A stretch of DNA of 37,107 nucleotides from Armatimonadota bacterium (GTDB lineage: Bacteria > Armatimonadota > UBA10988), in the NCBI GenBank assembly GCA_016235455.1, contig JACRKZ010000120.1, positions 1 through 37,107 on the forward strand, in the 5' to 3' direction. The notes below the pieces were generated by a model, which saw only the letters and a program-made list of their open reading frames with translations, ran no database searches and was not told where the DNA came from. The translations under genes and the position numbers were made by a program. Positions 17,856 to 26,707 of this stretch are shown here, piece by piece; the stretch's first letter is position 1; every line of letters begins with the position of its first letter.

Positions 17856-18868
17856 TATGACTCCTCGACCACGGCATCGTGCAACGCCGCAACCACCTCC
17901 ACGGGCGTCTGGGGTTCGATGTCGGCCGCGGTGGTGCCCAGCACGAAGCGCGGGTCGTCGCGGCGATCCAGGAGCATCGCCCGACACATGGCCAAAGCAC
18001 TCTCGCGGCTGGTGTGGATGAGCCGCGGCCCTTCGGGACCCGAGGCCAGCACGGCGGTGTCGCCGAGGATGGTGCGGGCCTCGGCCAGGTTGTCGCGCGC
18101 ATCCATGATCTGGCCGATCACCGGCTGCAGCCCGGCGGTGAGCCGCGGCTTGGCACCCGATGGAGAGCCGCCGTGGTGCAGCATGACTGGGCCTTGGACC
18201 TGCGCCAGGGCCTGCCGCAGGACGGGCAGAGTCACGGCCTCGGCGAGCTCCGGAGGCGCCAGCGTGGGGCCCATGAAGCAGGACAGCACGATGATCAGGT
18301 CGGCGCCATCTGCCAGCAACGCGTTGGCCCATCGGCCGAAGTGCTGCAGGCAGAGGTCGAGCAGCCGCTGAGCATCGGCCCGGTGGAATAGCAGTGTGTC
18401 GAGCCAGCCCTCGATGCCCATGATCATCAGCGGCAGGTCGACCGGGTCGAGCACGCCGACGGCGATGACCCGGTCGGTGCCGTGCGCCGACGCGATGGCG
18501 CGGGTCGCCTCGCGGAAGTAGAGCAACGACGGCGAGGAATCGATGTCCGGGGGCGCCAATCCCGCGATGGCCTGCCGCGAGGGCGCCGCCGGCTCGATGA
18601 ACATGGGCGCGCCCTTGTGGCTGTAGCGCAGCGTGCTGCCCCAGGCCTCACCTTCCTTGGTGACGGCAAACGGGCCCAGCACCAGGTCAGGATCGAACCG
18701 CTCGACCACCGCGGCCTGACCTTCACCGTAGGCCGTACCGCTGTGGAAGTACTCTGGCAGTGGACAACCAGTCAGATGGGCGCCGTAGAGACTGGCGATG
18801 AGGAAGAACGGCACGCGGTCCTTGGGCGCTCCGGCCAGTGTGGCGAACACACGCTCCCGGCCGGTCAT
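17855..18868 (-). CDS. Uroporphyrinogen decarboxylase / MtaA-CmuA methyltransferase-fold protein
   Basis: MTGRERVFATL...DRVP N-terminus, EGEAWG, GIEGWLDTLL, ALLADGAD; 337 aa; adjacent to a corrinoid protein gene. Confidence 0.82.
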   Translation of the reverse strand: MTGRERVFATLAGAPKDRVPFFLIASLYGAHLTGCPLPEYFHSGTAYGEGQAAVVERFDPDLVLGPFAVTKEGEAWGSTLRYSHKGAPMFIEPAAPSRQAIAGLAPPDIDSSPSLLYFREATRAIASAHGTDRVIAVGVLDPVDLPLMIMGIEGWLDTLLFHRADAQRLLDLCLQHFGRWANALLADGADLIIVLSCFMGPTLAPPELAEAVTLPVLRQALAQVQGPVMLHHGGSPSGAKPRLTAGLQPVIGQIMDARDNLAEARTILGDTAVLASGPEGPRLIHTSRESALAMCRAMLLDRRDDPRFVLGTTAADIEPQTPVEVVAALHDAVVEES

Positions 18869-19536
18869 GAGGTCACCGCAACGGCCTCGGCGGCCTGCCG
18901 CAAGCGCGCGAACAGGTCCGGCGCGCCGACCGCATGGTCGACCGTGCCGTCACCGCCGACGAGTTCCACCAGTTCGGGCCGCAGTCTGAAAACCGCGCCG
19001 CCAACCGCCAACTGGATGCGGCCGGTCAGGCCGCGGTCATCAAGCGCCGCGCGCACCGCGCGGATGTTGTCCGCCGTTCGGAAGAGCATGGCCGACACAC
19101 CGATGACGGGCGCTCCCACGCGGACCGCCGCGTCGACGAAGTCGAGCGGAGGCACATCGATGCCCAGATCGTGGACTGTCCACCCGGCCGATCGCAGGAA
19201 TACGCCCACCAGCCGCCGGCCCAGCGCATGGCAATCATCCTCGATGTTACCGATGACGGCCACGCCCGCGCCCTGTCCGCTGCCCGGTTGGGCGGCGAAG
19301 GCCTCGCCGAACTTGTCGAGCGCGTCTTCCACCACCTTGGAGGCCACGTACACCTGCGCCAGCGGGTAGGTACCATCCGCTGAGCGGCTCTCATCGAGCC
19401 GCCGCAGCAGCGGGCCAAACAGATCGGCGACGACCCGCCCGAAGCCGTGCTGCGCAGCATACTCAGCCACCAAGGCGCCAGCGCCGTCGCGGTCGCCGGC
19501 AGTGACCAGATCTGTAAGGTGCGCCAGTACTTGCAT
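18865..19536 (-). CDS. Corrinoid (cobalamin-binding) protein with cap and Rossmann B12 domains
   Basis: DxHxxG motif DCHALG (19219-19236), DLGIDV, IGVSAM, VGGA; cap motif LAQVYVASK. ATG 19536 preferred because a promoter lies at 19561-19589. Confidence 0.9.
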   Translation of the reverse strand: MQVLAHLTDLVTAGDRDGAGALVAEYAAQHGFGRVVADLFGPLLRRLDESRSADGTYPLAQVYVASKVVEDALDKFGEAFAAQPGSGQGAGVAVIGNIEDDCHALGRRLVGVFLRSAGWTVHDLGIDVPPLDFVDAAVRVGAPVIGVSAMLFRTADNIRAVRAALDDRGLTGRIQLAVGGAVFRLRPELVELVGGDGTVDHAVGAPDLFARLRQAAEAVAVTS

Positions 19537-19560
19537 CGCGGTACCCAATACGACACCCGT

Positions 19561-19589
19561 AGTCTGCCCGCACCCCACAGCGGAGTCAA
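19561..19589 (-). promoter_or_regulatory. Putative sigma70 promoter of the corrinoid/kinase operon
   Basis: Minus strand TTGACT, 17 bp spacer, CAGACT, ending 24 bp upstream of ATG 19536. Confidence 0.5.
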
Positions 19590-19652
19590 ACCGCATCTAC
19601 CCGACGACCGTCACCTGCGGTTCACATTGACCAGAGTCCGACGCTACCGGCC

Positions 19653-19695
19653 AAAACGCGCCACGGGCGCGAGCCGTTGCCAACTCGCGCCCGTG
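19653..19695 (-). terminator. Probable intrinsic terminator of the DUF1080 gene
   Basis: Perfect 12-bp stem CACGGGCGCGAG / CTCGCGCCCGTG (19662-19673 / 19684-19695), 10-nt loop, followed on the minus strand by GCGCGTTTT; 20 bp after the stop. Confidence 0.65.
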
Positions 19696-19715
19696 CGGTG
19701 GTCTGGTGCCGGAAG

Positions 19716-20750
19716 CTAGGGCAGCTTCTCGATCCAGATGTTGCGGAACTGCACGGGGTTGCCGTGGTCCTGCAGCTTGATCGGGCCGGGCGTGCCTTCC
19801 TTGTCATCGATGGCGCCGCCGGTGACCTTGGGCAGCTCGATGTTGTTGTGGATGGTCACACCGTTGTGCACCACGGTCAGCCGCGCATTGGCGGTCTTCT
19901 GGCCGTTGGCGCCCAGCTTGGCGGCCGTGAAGGTGATGTCGTAGGCCTGCCAGGCCAGCGGCGGGAAGCACATGTTGGCGTCCGGTCGAGCGATCTGGTA
20001 GATGCCGCCGCACTCATTGTCAGCGCCGTCGAGACCGTAGCTGTCGAGCACCTGGACCTCATAGCGGCCCTGCTGATAGACGCCGCTGTTGGCGCGGCCC
20101 TGGCCGGAAGCGAACGGCATGTAGGGCAGCCGGAACTCGATGTGCAGTCGGTAGTTGGTGAAGCTCTCCTCGGTCTGGCTGTCGCCACCATTGACCTCGA
20201 CCGCACCACCGTCCACCAGCTTCCACGGCGCCGCGACGGTCGGCTTGCCCACCGGGCACCAGGCGTCGAGGTTCTTGCCGTCGAACAGCGTGGTCGCGCC
20301 GGCCGGCGCTTCCATCTCCAGCGTCGGCGACTTGCGCGTGCTCTGCTTGATGCTGAACGTGCCCTTGCGGCTGCCGGCCACAGTGCCGACCACGGCGCCG
20401 TCCTTGAGACCACCCTTCCACAGCGAGGCGTTGACCACCACCCCGTCGTCGGTGGCGCGCAGCACGGTACCGGGCTCGAACGGCACGGCGTCGAGGAGCG
20501 TGAACTGCTCGCCGCCAATGTTACCGGCCAGCCGGTAGAGCATCGGCACGCGCTTGTTGAACTCGCCGAACAGGCGAGCCTCATAGCGGCCGTTGCCCTG
20601 GGCGATCATGTACACGGCCACGGGCTGGTCAGGCTTGCCCTCGATCTTCAGGCTACCGGCCCAGTCGCCCATGAAGGCATCCTGCGCCGCCGCCGGCCAG
20701 CACGCCGCCAGCGTGGCCGCTGCTACCAAAACTCTGCTGATTCTCACCAC
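19716..20750 (-). CDS. Secreted DUF1080 (3-keto-disaccharide hydrolase-like) domain protein
   Basis: Signal peptide; LFDGKNLDAW, LHIEF, GRANSGVY, YEVQVLDS, WQAYDITF, LQDHGNPVQFRNIWI; extra N-terminal beta domain; SD AGGAGA. Confidence 0.88.
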   Translation of the reverse strand: MVRISRVLVAAATLAACWPAAAQDAFMGDWAGSLKIEGKPDQPVAVYMIAQGNGRYEARLFGEFNKRVPMLYRLAGNIGGEQFTLLDAVPFEPGTVLRATDDGVVVNASLWKGGLKDGAVVGTVAGSRKGTFSIKQSTRKSPTLEMEAPAGATTLFDGKNLDAWCPVGKPTVAAPWKLVDGGAVEVNGGDSQTEESFTNYRLHIEFRLPYMPFASGQGRANSGVYQQGRYEVQVLDSYGLDGADNECGGIYQIARPDANMCFPPLAWQAYDITFTAAKLGANGQKTANARLTVVHNGVTIHNNIELPKVTGGAIDDKEGTPGPIKLQDHGNPVQFRNIWIEKLP

Positions 20751-20895
20751 CGTCTCCTATCCGTAGTCAGATGGCTATTCTGCACCCGATGGCTATAACC
20801 TTCAACCGCTCGCCCCACGCCCGCGCGCGTTGCCCCTTGCACCGGCGGCCTATCTCAGGTACACCTAACCATGGTAGTTTTTTGAGACAGCCACC

Positions 20896-23136
20896 ATGCC
20901 GGTTGACGTTCCACCTGGTCCCAGTGACTCGTTACGCGTGGCCGACCTGCGCCGCCGCGTGCGCGCGGCCATGGACGCGCCAATCGCGCGTTGGGCCTGT
21001 CCCGAACGGATCGACTCGATGTATCTCGGCGAGCCGCTGGCGGTACGCAAGGCTCGCGCGGTGGCCTGCAAGCTCGCCGCCATGCCCACCGACCTGTGGG
21101 CCGGTCAGCTCCTGGCTGGCTCGATGACGCTGGAGTCGCCCCGTCTGCACGCCGAGTGGGGCTTCCCCGACTACGTCACCGATGCTGAGCGCGACGCGGC
21201 CCGCGCGCGGGGCATGAGCATCCACTCGGTGTTCGGCCACATCGTGCCCGACTACCCGACTCTTCTGGCCCGCGGCCTGTCGGGCCTGCGCGCCGCGGCC
21301 GAGGCGCAGCGGCCCGGCTGCCAGTCGGCCGACGAGACGGCCTTCCTCGACTCGGTCTGTGTCGCGCTCGACGCCGTGGCCGACTTCGCCGCGCGGCTGG
21401 CGCAACGCTGTGACGACGAGGCCGCCGCGGCGCCCGAGCCGCGCGCCGCGGAACTGGCGCAGATGGCCGCCAACCTGCGCACCGCACCGGCCGGGCCAGC
21501 GCAGACCTTCTGGCAGGCGCTGCAGGCCGTGTGGCTACTGCACATGGTCTTCCACAGCACCATGGACGGCAATGCGCTGGGCCGCGCCGACCAGTATCTG
21601 TGGCCCTATCTGGAAGCCGACTTGGCCGCTGGCCGCCTCGACTGGGACCGTGCGGACGAGTTGGTACGCTGCTTCACGCTCAAGTTCAACGAGCGCGCCA
21701 AGACCACCGACGACCAGCGGCCCGAGAACCGCGAGCCAGAGCCCGAGGTCAAGCTCGGCGGCACGCGCCACCACACCTCGTCGCAGGTGGGCACCCGGCG
21801 CGACGGGCTCGACGCCACCAACCACTGGCTGCAGAACATCGTGCTCAGCGGTCTGACGCCCGACGGCGCCGACGGCACCAATCCGCTGACCTACCTGCTG
21901 CTGGCCGCCTACGACGCGAACCAGATGACCAACCCGCTGCTCACCGTACGGCTGCACACGGGCAGCCCTGAGGCGCTGGTACGCGAGACGGCACGGGTGC
22001 TGCGCGGCGGCGGCGGCATGCCGGCGCTGTTCAACGACGAAGCTCTGGTGCCGGCACTGGAGCGGCTGGGCATTCCCACGCCCGACGCGCGCGACTACAC
22101 CAACGACGGCTGCTGGGAGGTCATCATCCCGGGCCGTACCGACTTCGGCTTCCTGCGGCTGAGCCTCATGCTGCCGCTTGAGCGCGTTCTGGCCAGTGGG
22201 GCGGCCTACGCCACCTTCGACGACCTGTTCGAAGCCTGGCGCGCCGAACTCGACGAGGTCATCGGCGCCACCGTCGAGCGCGTCGTGGCCGGCATCGACA
22301 ACCGCTCGCTGATCGCGCCGGTACCGCTGCTGTCAGCGCTCATCGACGGCAGCATCGCCAGCCGGCGCGACCTGACCGCGGGCGGCGCCAAGTACCGCAC
22401 TTTCGCGTTGCTGGCCGAAAGCGCCGCACATTGCATCGACTCGCTGGTGGCCCTGCGCCGCGTCGTCTTTGGCCAGCGGATCTGCTCGCTGGCCGAACTG
22501 CGCGAGGCGCTGGCCGCCGACTTCGTCGGCCATGAATGGCTGCGACGGCATCTGCAGGCCGCGCCCAAGTATGGCAATGACAACGACTCCGCCGACGCCA
22601 TGGGCCAGCAGGTCATGCAAGCCTTCATCGACTCCGCCGCGCGGCACGGCGAGGCCCATCGCCAACGGCTGCTGTTCCCCTGTGGCGTGGCCACCTTCTC
22701 CTGGTACGTGGGCATCGGCGAAGGGCTTGCGGCCTCGCCCGACGGGCGCCGCGCCAAGGCGCCGGTGTCCAGTAACTTCTCCCCAGCGCTTGGCGCCGAC
22801 CACGACGGCTTGCCTTCGGCCATCCTGTCGTACGCCAAGATGCACCACAGCCATCTGCCGGCCGGCGGCCCGCTGGACCTGCGGCTGGCGGCGCGTCTGG
22901 TCGCCGGCGAGGACGGCATCGACCGCATGGTCGGGCTGATGCGCGGGTTCGTCGACACCGGCGGCTCGATGCTGACTTTGACCGTGGTAGATACCGAGGA
23001 ACTGCGCGCGGCCCAGCTCGAGCCCGAGCAGCACCGCTCGCTACGCGTGCGCATGGGGGGCTGGAGCGCCTATTTCACGATGCTCTCTCGCGAGCAGCAG
23101 GACCACCATATCCATCGCCAGGAGAGCCGGCCATGA
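20896..23136 (+). CDS. Glycyl radical enzyme (PFL-family fold), substrate unknown
   Basis: GHIVPDY, TFWQALQ, LGRADQYLWP, Cys loop NDGCWE, PKYGND, ASPDGR, Gly-radical loop VRMGGWSAYF. Confidence 0.92.
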   Translation: MPVDVPPGPSDSLRVADLRRRVRAAMDAPIARWACPERIDSMYLGEPLAVRKARAVACKLAAMPTDLWAGQLLAGSMTLESPRLHAEWGFPDYVTDAERDAARARGMSIHSVFGHIVPDYPTLLARGLSGLRAAAEAQRPGCQSADETAFLDSVCVALDAVADFAARLAQRCDDEAAAAPEPRAAELAQMAANLRTAPAGPAQTFWQALQAVWLLHMVFHSTMDGNALGRADQYLWPYLEADLAAGRLDWDRADELVRCFTLKFNERAKTTDDQRPENREPEPEVKLGGTRHHTSSQVGTRRDGLDATNHWLQNIVLSGLTPDGADGTNPLTYLLLAAYDANQMTNPLLTVRLHTGSPEALVRETARVLRGGGGMPALFNDEALVPALERLGIPTPDARDYTNDGCWEVIIPGRTDFGFLRLSLMLPLERVLASGAAYATFDDLFEAWRAELDEVIGATVERVVAGIDNRSLIAPVPLLSALIDGSIASRRDLTAGGAKYRTFALLAESAAHCIDSLVALRRVVFGQRICSLAELREALAADFVGHEWLRRHLQAAPKYGNDNDSADAMGQQVMQAFIDSAARHGEAHRQRLLFPCGVATFSWYVGIGEGLAASPDGRRAKAPVSSNFSPALGADHDGLPSAILSYAKMHHSHLPAGGPLDLRLAARLVAGEDGIDRMVGLMRGFVDTGGSMLTLTVVDTEELRAAQLEPEQHRSLRVRMGGWSAYFTMLSREQQDHHIHRQESRP

Positions 23137-24032
23137 GCGTCGAGGGGCTGGTCTTCGACCTGGACACCTTCGCCGTCCACGACGGGCCGGGGCTGCGGCT
23201 GGCCGTCTACCTCAAAGGCTGCCCGCTGTCCTGCGCCTGGTGCCACAGCCCGGAGTCGCGCCGGCCGCAGACGGAACTGGTCTTCCTGGCCGACCGCTGC
23301 GTGCTCTGCGGGCTGTGCGCCACGGTCTGCCCGAGCGAGGGCCATGGCTTCGACGACCGCGGCCACACCATCGCGTTCGAGCGCTGCGAGCTGTGCGGCG
23401 CCTGCCTGGACACCTGTCCGGAAGGCGCCCTGACCACGCGCGGCTACACCACCACCGCCGACGAGGTCGTCGCCCGTGCCGTGCGTCTGCGACCGTTCCT
23501 GGAGCACTCCGGCGGCGGCGTGACGCTGACCGGCGGCGAGGTGACGCTGCAGACCGAGTTTGCCCACGCGGTGCTCAGCGGCTGCCGCGCGGCGGGGCTG
23601 CACACCGCCATCGAGACCAGCGGCGCCTGCGCCTGGGACCGGCTGAAGCTGCTGGCCGACGCGTGCGATCTGATTCTCTACGACCTCAAGCTCATGGACG
23701 ACGGCGAACACCAGCAGTGGTGCGGCGCCTCCAACCACCAGATCCTGGACAACCTGGAGCGGCTGGCCAGCGGCGGCTACCCGGTTGAGGTGCGCGTGCC
23801 GCTCATCCCCGCCATCACCGACACCGATGCCAACCTCATGGCGCTGTTCGGCTACATGGTGCAGGTTGGTCTGTCGCGCGTGACGCTGCTGCCGTGTAAC
23901 CCCAGCGCCGGCGCCAAGTGGCAGTGGCTCGGGCGAGACTGCCAGCTTGACCTCACACCACAGACGCCCGAGCGCCTGGCCGAACTGGTCGAACTCGGCG
24001 AGCTGCTGGAACTGGCGGTACGGCACCTGTAG
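23133..24032 (+). CDS. Glycyl-radical enzyme activating protein (radical SAM with ferredoxin insert)
   Basis: HDGPGLR, KGCPLSCAWCHSPE (CxxxCxxC), two CxxCxxCxxxCP motifs, GGVTLTGGE; ATGA overlap with the GRE. Confidence 0.93.
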   Translation: MSVEGLVFDLDTFAVHDGPGLRLAVYLKGCPLSCAWCHSPESRRPQTELVFLADRCVLCGLCATVCPSEGHGFDDRGHTIAFERCELCGACLDTCPEGALTTRGYTTTADEVVARAVRLRPFLEHSGGGVTLTGGEVTLQTEFAHAVLSGCRAAGLHTAIETSGACAWDRLKLLADACDLILYDLKLMDDGEHQQWCGASNHQILDNLERLASGGYPVEVRVPLIPAITDTDANLMALFGYMVQVGLSRVTLLPCNPSAGAKWQWLGRDCQLDLTPQTPERLAELVELGELLELAVRHL

Positions 24033-24045
24033 CCGCGGCGGCGCG

Positions 24046-26562
24046 TCACGGCTGCGGTGCCTTGACGATGCCGGTGGTCAGGCCCTGAGCGTCCACGGCG
24101 AACTCATAGACCCGCCCGCCACCCAGGTCGATACGGTCGATGCAGCCCTGCGGCGTGCGGTGCACCTGGGCGTAGCGAAAGACCTGATTGTTCGCGTTGT
24201 CGTTCTCGCAGAAGCGCACCTTGTCCAGGCCCACCGACCAGAGGTCGAGCATCAGCAGGACCTGGTCGACATTGCCGCGGAACCCGCGACGGAAGCGGTC
24301 GATGGCCACCTGCAAGCGGCCTTCGGTGGAGTTCCAGTGCTGATTGCCCTGTGTGGCCAGGCTCTCCTGCGGGGCGCCCAGGAACCAGTCGATGCCGCCA
24401 CGCATGAACCCGAAGTCGCGCTGGGCCTTGCCCGCGGGGCTTTCCCACCAGGCCTTGAGCGCGGCATCCCAGTGGGCGGCGTCGCCGTCCCACAGACCGG
24501 CCTCCTTGAAATGCTCGCGGGTCGCATCCCAGCTCAGCCAGCCGCTCCGGCCAGCGCGGAAGTGTGGGCCGGCCGCCTGCACGAGCATCTGGCCCCAGCG
24601 GCGATTGAGGTCGGGCCGCGTGCGCACGTAGGCGTCGCAGTCGTGGCAGACCTCGTGCTTGACCACGGTCATGAACCAATTCTCGCTGCCCCGATCACCG
24701 ATGACCGCCTTGGCGTCCGGGCCGAAGGCGTACTCGCCACCATCCACGGGCGCGCCGTTGAAGGTGTTCTTCAGGTGCCCGCGCACCAGGTAGACCTTGC
24801 CGCCCAGCCAGTCGGCCGCGGTGATGCCGGTACCGGGATAGACCTCGCGCGGGATCGTGCGCAGCCACTGCCAGATGGCCTCGGCGCCGCGCGGGTTCTC
24901 GTTGTTCTCGATGTAGATGACGCCGACATCCTCCAGCAGTTTGGCATACGCGCCGTCGAACCCGGCCACCTGGGCGAGTTGCTTGCGCACCGCGGGGTCA
25001 TCGGGGCCCGTCATCAACATGGTCAGCCAGACCTGCGCGGCCAGCGACGGGATGCCCGGCTGCGCCTTGACATCGAGCTTCTGGCGCCGCAGGTACTGCG
25101 GGAAAGCCGCGATCAGCTTGGCCAACTCATCGCGCAACTGCTCGCGCTGGCTGGGCGTAGCGAAGCTGACCACATAGTCGTACAGCGCACCCATCAGGGT
25201 TTGGAGCCGGCCCTTGTCGGCCTCGTTCGCCCGATCGGCCAGGTAGGTACCCAGGTCCAACGGGTGGGCGCCGATCAGCAGCACGGTGTCGCGCACATAG
25301 CTCGCGGCGCTGCGTCCCCAGGCCACGCGGACACGCCCGCCGACCTCGCCGCCCATGACCAAATCAGCGGCGCCATCGCCGTTCAGGTCGCCCAGGTCCA
25401 CGATCGGGCCGTCAGTGAGGTTGTGCAGGTCGACGGGGGCGCCCTTGGCGCCCGCCACGGCGAATGTGCCCGTGCCGGGCAGGGCCGGCTTGGCCGCCGT
25501 GCCAGTGTTGATGCGGAAGTTGATGTTCCCCCAGTTGTAGGAGTCGACCAGGTCCGGAATGCCGTCCAGGTTCACATCCATCACGCGCACATTGAGGTTG
25601 TAGGAGCCGCCCATGCTGCGGCCCTCGCTGTCAATCTCGATCACCGGCGCGGCGAACGTGCCGTCGGGCTGCCGGTAGCGGACCTTCACATCGCCCGAGC
25701 GCGACCCGGTGATCAGGTCGGGCTGGCCGTCGCCGTTCCAGTCAGCGACTTCGCAGCGGATGTCGTCGACCACCAGGGCGGCGCCACCCGTGGCCTGGAG
25801 CGCGACGGGCGCCGCCAGTTGCCCGCCTGAGCGCCTCAGCCAGCGTGGCGTGCGGTCGGTGGCGTTGGTCACCACGAGGTCGACCTGACCATCGTGGTCC
25901 ATGTCGGCCAGCGACAGCGCCATGCGGTCTTTGCCCGACGACAGCGGCGCCTGCCCAGCCCGCAGCCGCTGGGCAGCGCCAAACGCCGGCGCGGTCGTCG
26001 TGCCCACGTTCGGGTACAGCCACACGCCGCCCTCGGCACCGACCAGCAGGTCGAGCCGGCCGTCGCCGTTCCAGTCGAGCAGCCGCGGCACCGTGGTCGC
26101 GTTGCCGCCGCCAATGGGCTGCCCACCTGCCTGCAGTTCGGTCAGGTCGGTGAAGCTGGTGGTGGCCCACTGCCCGCTGGGCTTGACCACCCGCACTCGC
26201 ATCGTCGCCGTGCCCTGGCCGCCGCGCCCGTCGGTCAATGTGAACGAGAAGGCGTCCGCGCCCACGTAGCCGGCCGCCGGCGTGTAGCCGAACGTGCCGT
26301 CGGCGTGCAGCGTCGCCTGGCCATGCGCCGGTTGCGTGAACGACTGCACCTGCAACGGGTCGAGTTCGACATCGTACTGGCCCAGCAGCGCGCTCGGCGT
26401 CCGACCCGGACGTCCCGCCTCCACCGCCGCCTCGCGATCGGTCACGCGCGGCGCGCAGTTGGGGAACGGGTCAGGCAGCGTGGTGGTCGTCACACCCGGT
26501 GGCGTCTGCGCCAGGAGCGGCAGCACAACCAGTAGCAGGGACACGGCAACAGCGTGTTTCAT
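24046..26562 (-). CDS. Secreted multidomain protein: Ig/cadherin-like domain, five FG-GAP/VCBS repeats, C-terminal HExxH domain
   Basis: Signal peptide; QPAHG...DGTFGYTP..GYVGADAFSFTLTDGRGG; repeats DWNGDGRLDL, DMDHDGQVDL, DWNGDGQPDL, DVNLDGIPDL, DLNGDGAADL; HEVCH at 24643-24657. Confidence 0.82.
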   Translation of the reverse strand: MKHAVAVSLLLVVLPLLAQTPPGVTTTTLPDPFPNCAPRVTDREAAVEAGRPGRTPSALLGQYDVELDPLQVQSFTQPAHGQATLHADGTFGYTPAAGYVGADAFSFTLTDGRGGQGTATMRVRVVKPSGQWATTSFTDLTELQAGGQPIGGGNATTVPRLLDWNGDGRLDLLVGAEGGVWLYPNVGTTTAPAFGAAQRLRAGQAPLSSGKDRMALSLADMDHDGQVDLVVTNATDRTPRWLRRSGGQLAAPVALQATGGAALVVDDIRCEVADWNGDGQPDLITGSRSGDVKVRYRQPDGTFAAPVIEIDSEGRSMGGSYNLNVRVMDVNLDGIPDLVDSYNWGNINFRINTGTAAKPALPGTGTFAVAGAKGAPVDLHNLTDGPIVDLGDLNGDGAADLVMGGEVGGRVRVAWGRSAASYVRDTVLLIGAHPLDLGTYLADRANEADKGRLQTLMGALYDYVVSFATPSQREQLRDELAKLIAAFPQYLRRQKLDVKAQPGIPSLAAQVWLTMLMTGPDDPAVRKQLAQVAGFDGAYAKLLEDVGVIYIENNENPRGAEAIWQWLRTIPREVYPGTGITAADWLGGKVYLVRGHLKNTFNGAPVDGGEYAFGPDAKAVIGDRGSENWFMTVVKHEVCHDCDAYVRTRPDLNRRWGQMLVQAAGPHFRAGRSGWLSWDATREHFKEAGLWDGDAAHWDAALKAWWESPAGKAQRDFGFMRGGIDWFLGAPQESLATQGNQHWNSTEGRLQVAIDRFRRGFRGNVDQVLLMLDLWSVGLDKVRFCENDNANNQVFRYAQVHRTPQGCIDRIDLGGGRVYEFAVDAQGLTTGIVKAPQP

Positions 26563-26607
26563 GGCACCTCAGCTTCGGAGCAATCGTTTAGCAGGACGTT
26601 GCCCGAT

Positions 26608-26636
26608 AGGATCGCGATCAGCTGAGGCGATGTCAA
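26608..26636 (-). promoter_or_regulatory. Putative sigma70 promoter of the FG-GAP protein gene
   Basis: Minus strand: perfect TTGACA (26636-26631), 17 bp spacer, GATCCT (weak -10). Confidence 0.4.
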
Positions 26637-26707
26637 GGCCAGCGACGACGTGTCTTGACGCCGACGCAGGGCAGACGCCGCGCCGCGCTGGTGGCATCAT
26701 AGTCACC

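Noticed and set aside
17856-18332. N-terminal extension of the 17259-18332 ORF
   Set aside because: It overlaps the UroD-fold gene in another frame and is low-complexity; the real start is the coupled ATG at 17855.
19537-19715. Cobalamin riboswitch ahead of the corrinoid operon
   Set aside because: No B12-box consensus is visible; the space is explained by a terminator and a promoter with a very short leader.
20896-23136. Calling the GRE pflB, cutC or hypD
   Set aside because: It lacks the PFL Cys-Cys pair, and I cannot verify the substrate-specific residues of the other classes.
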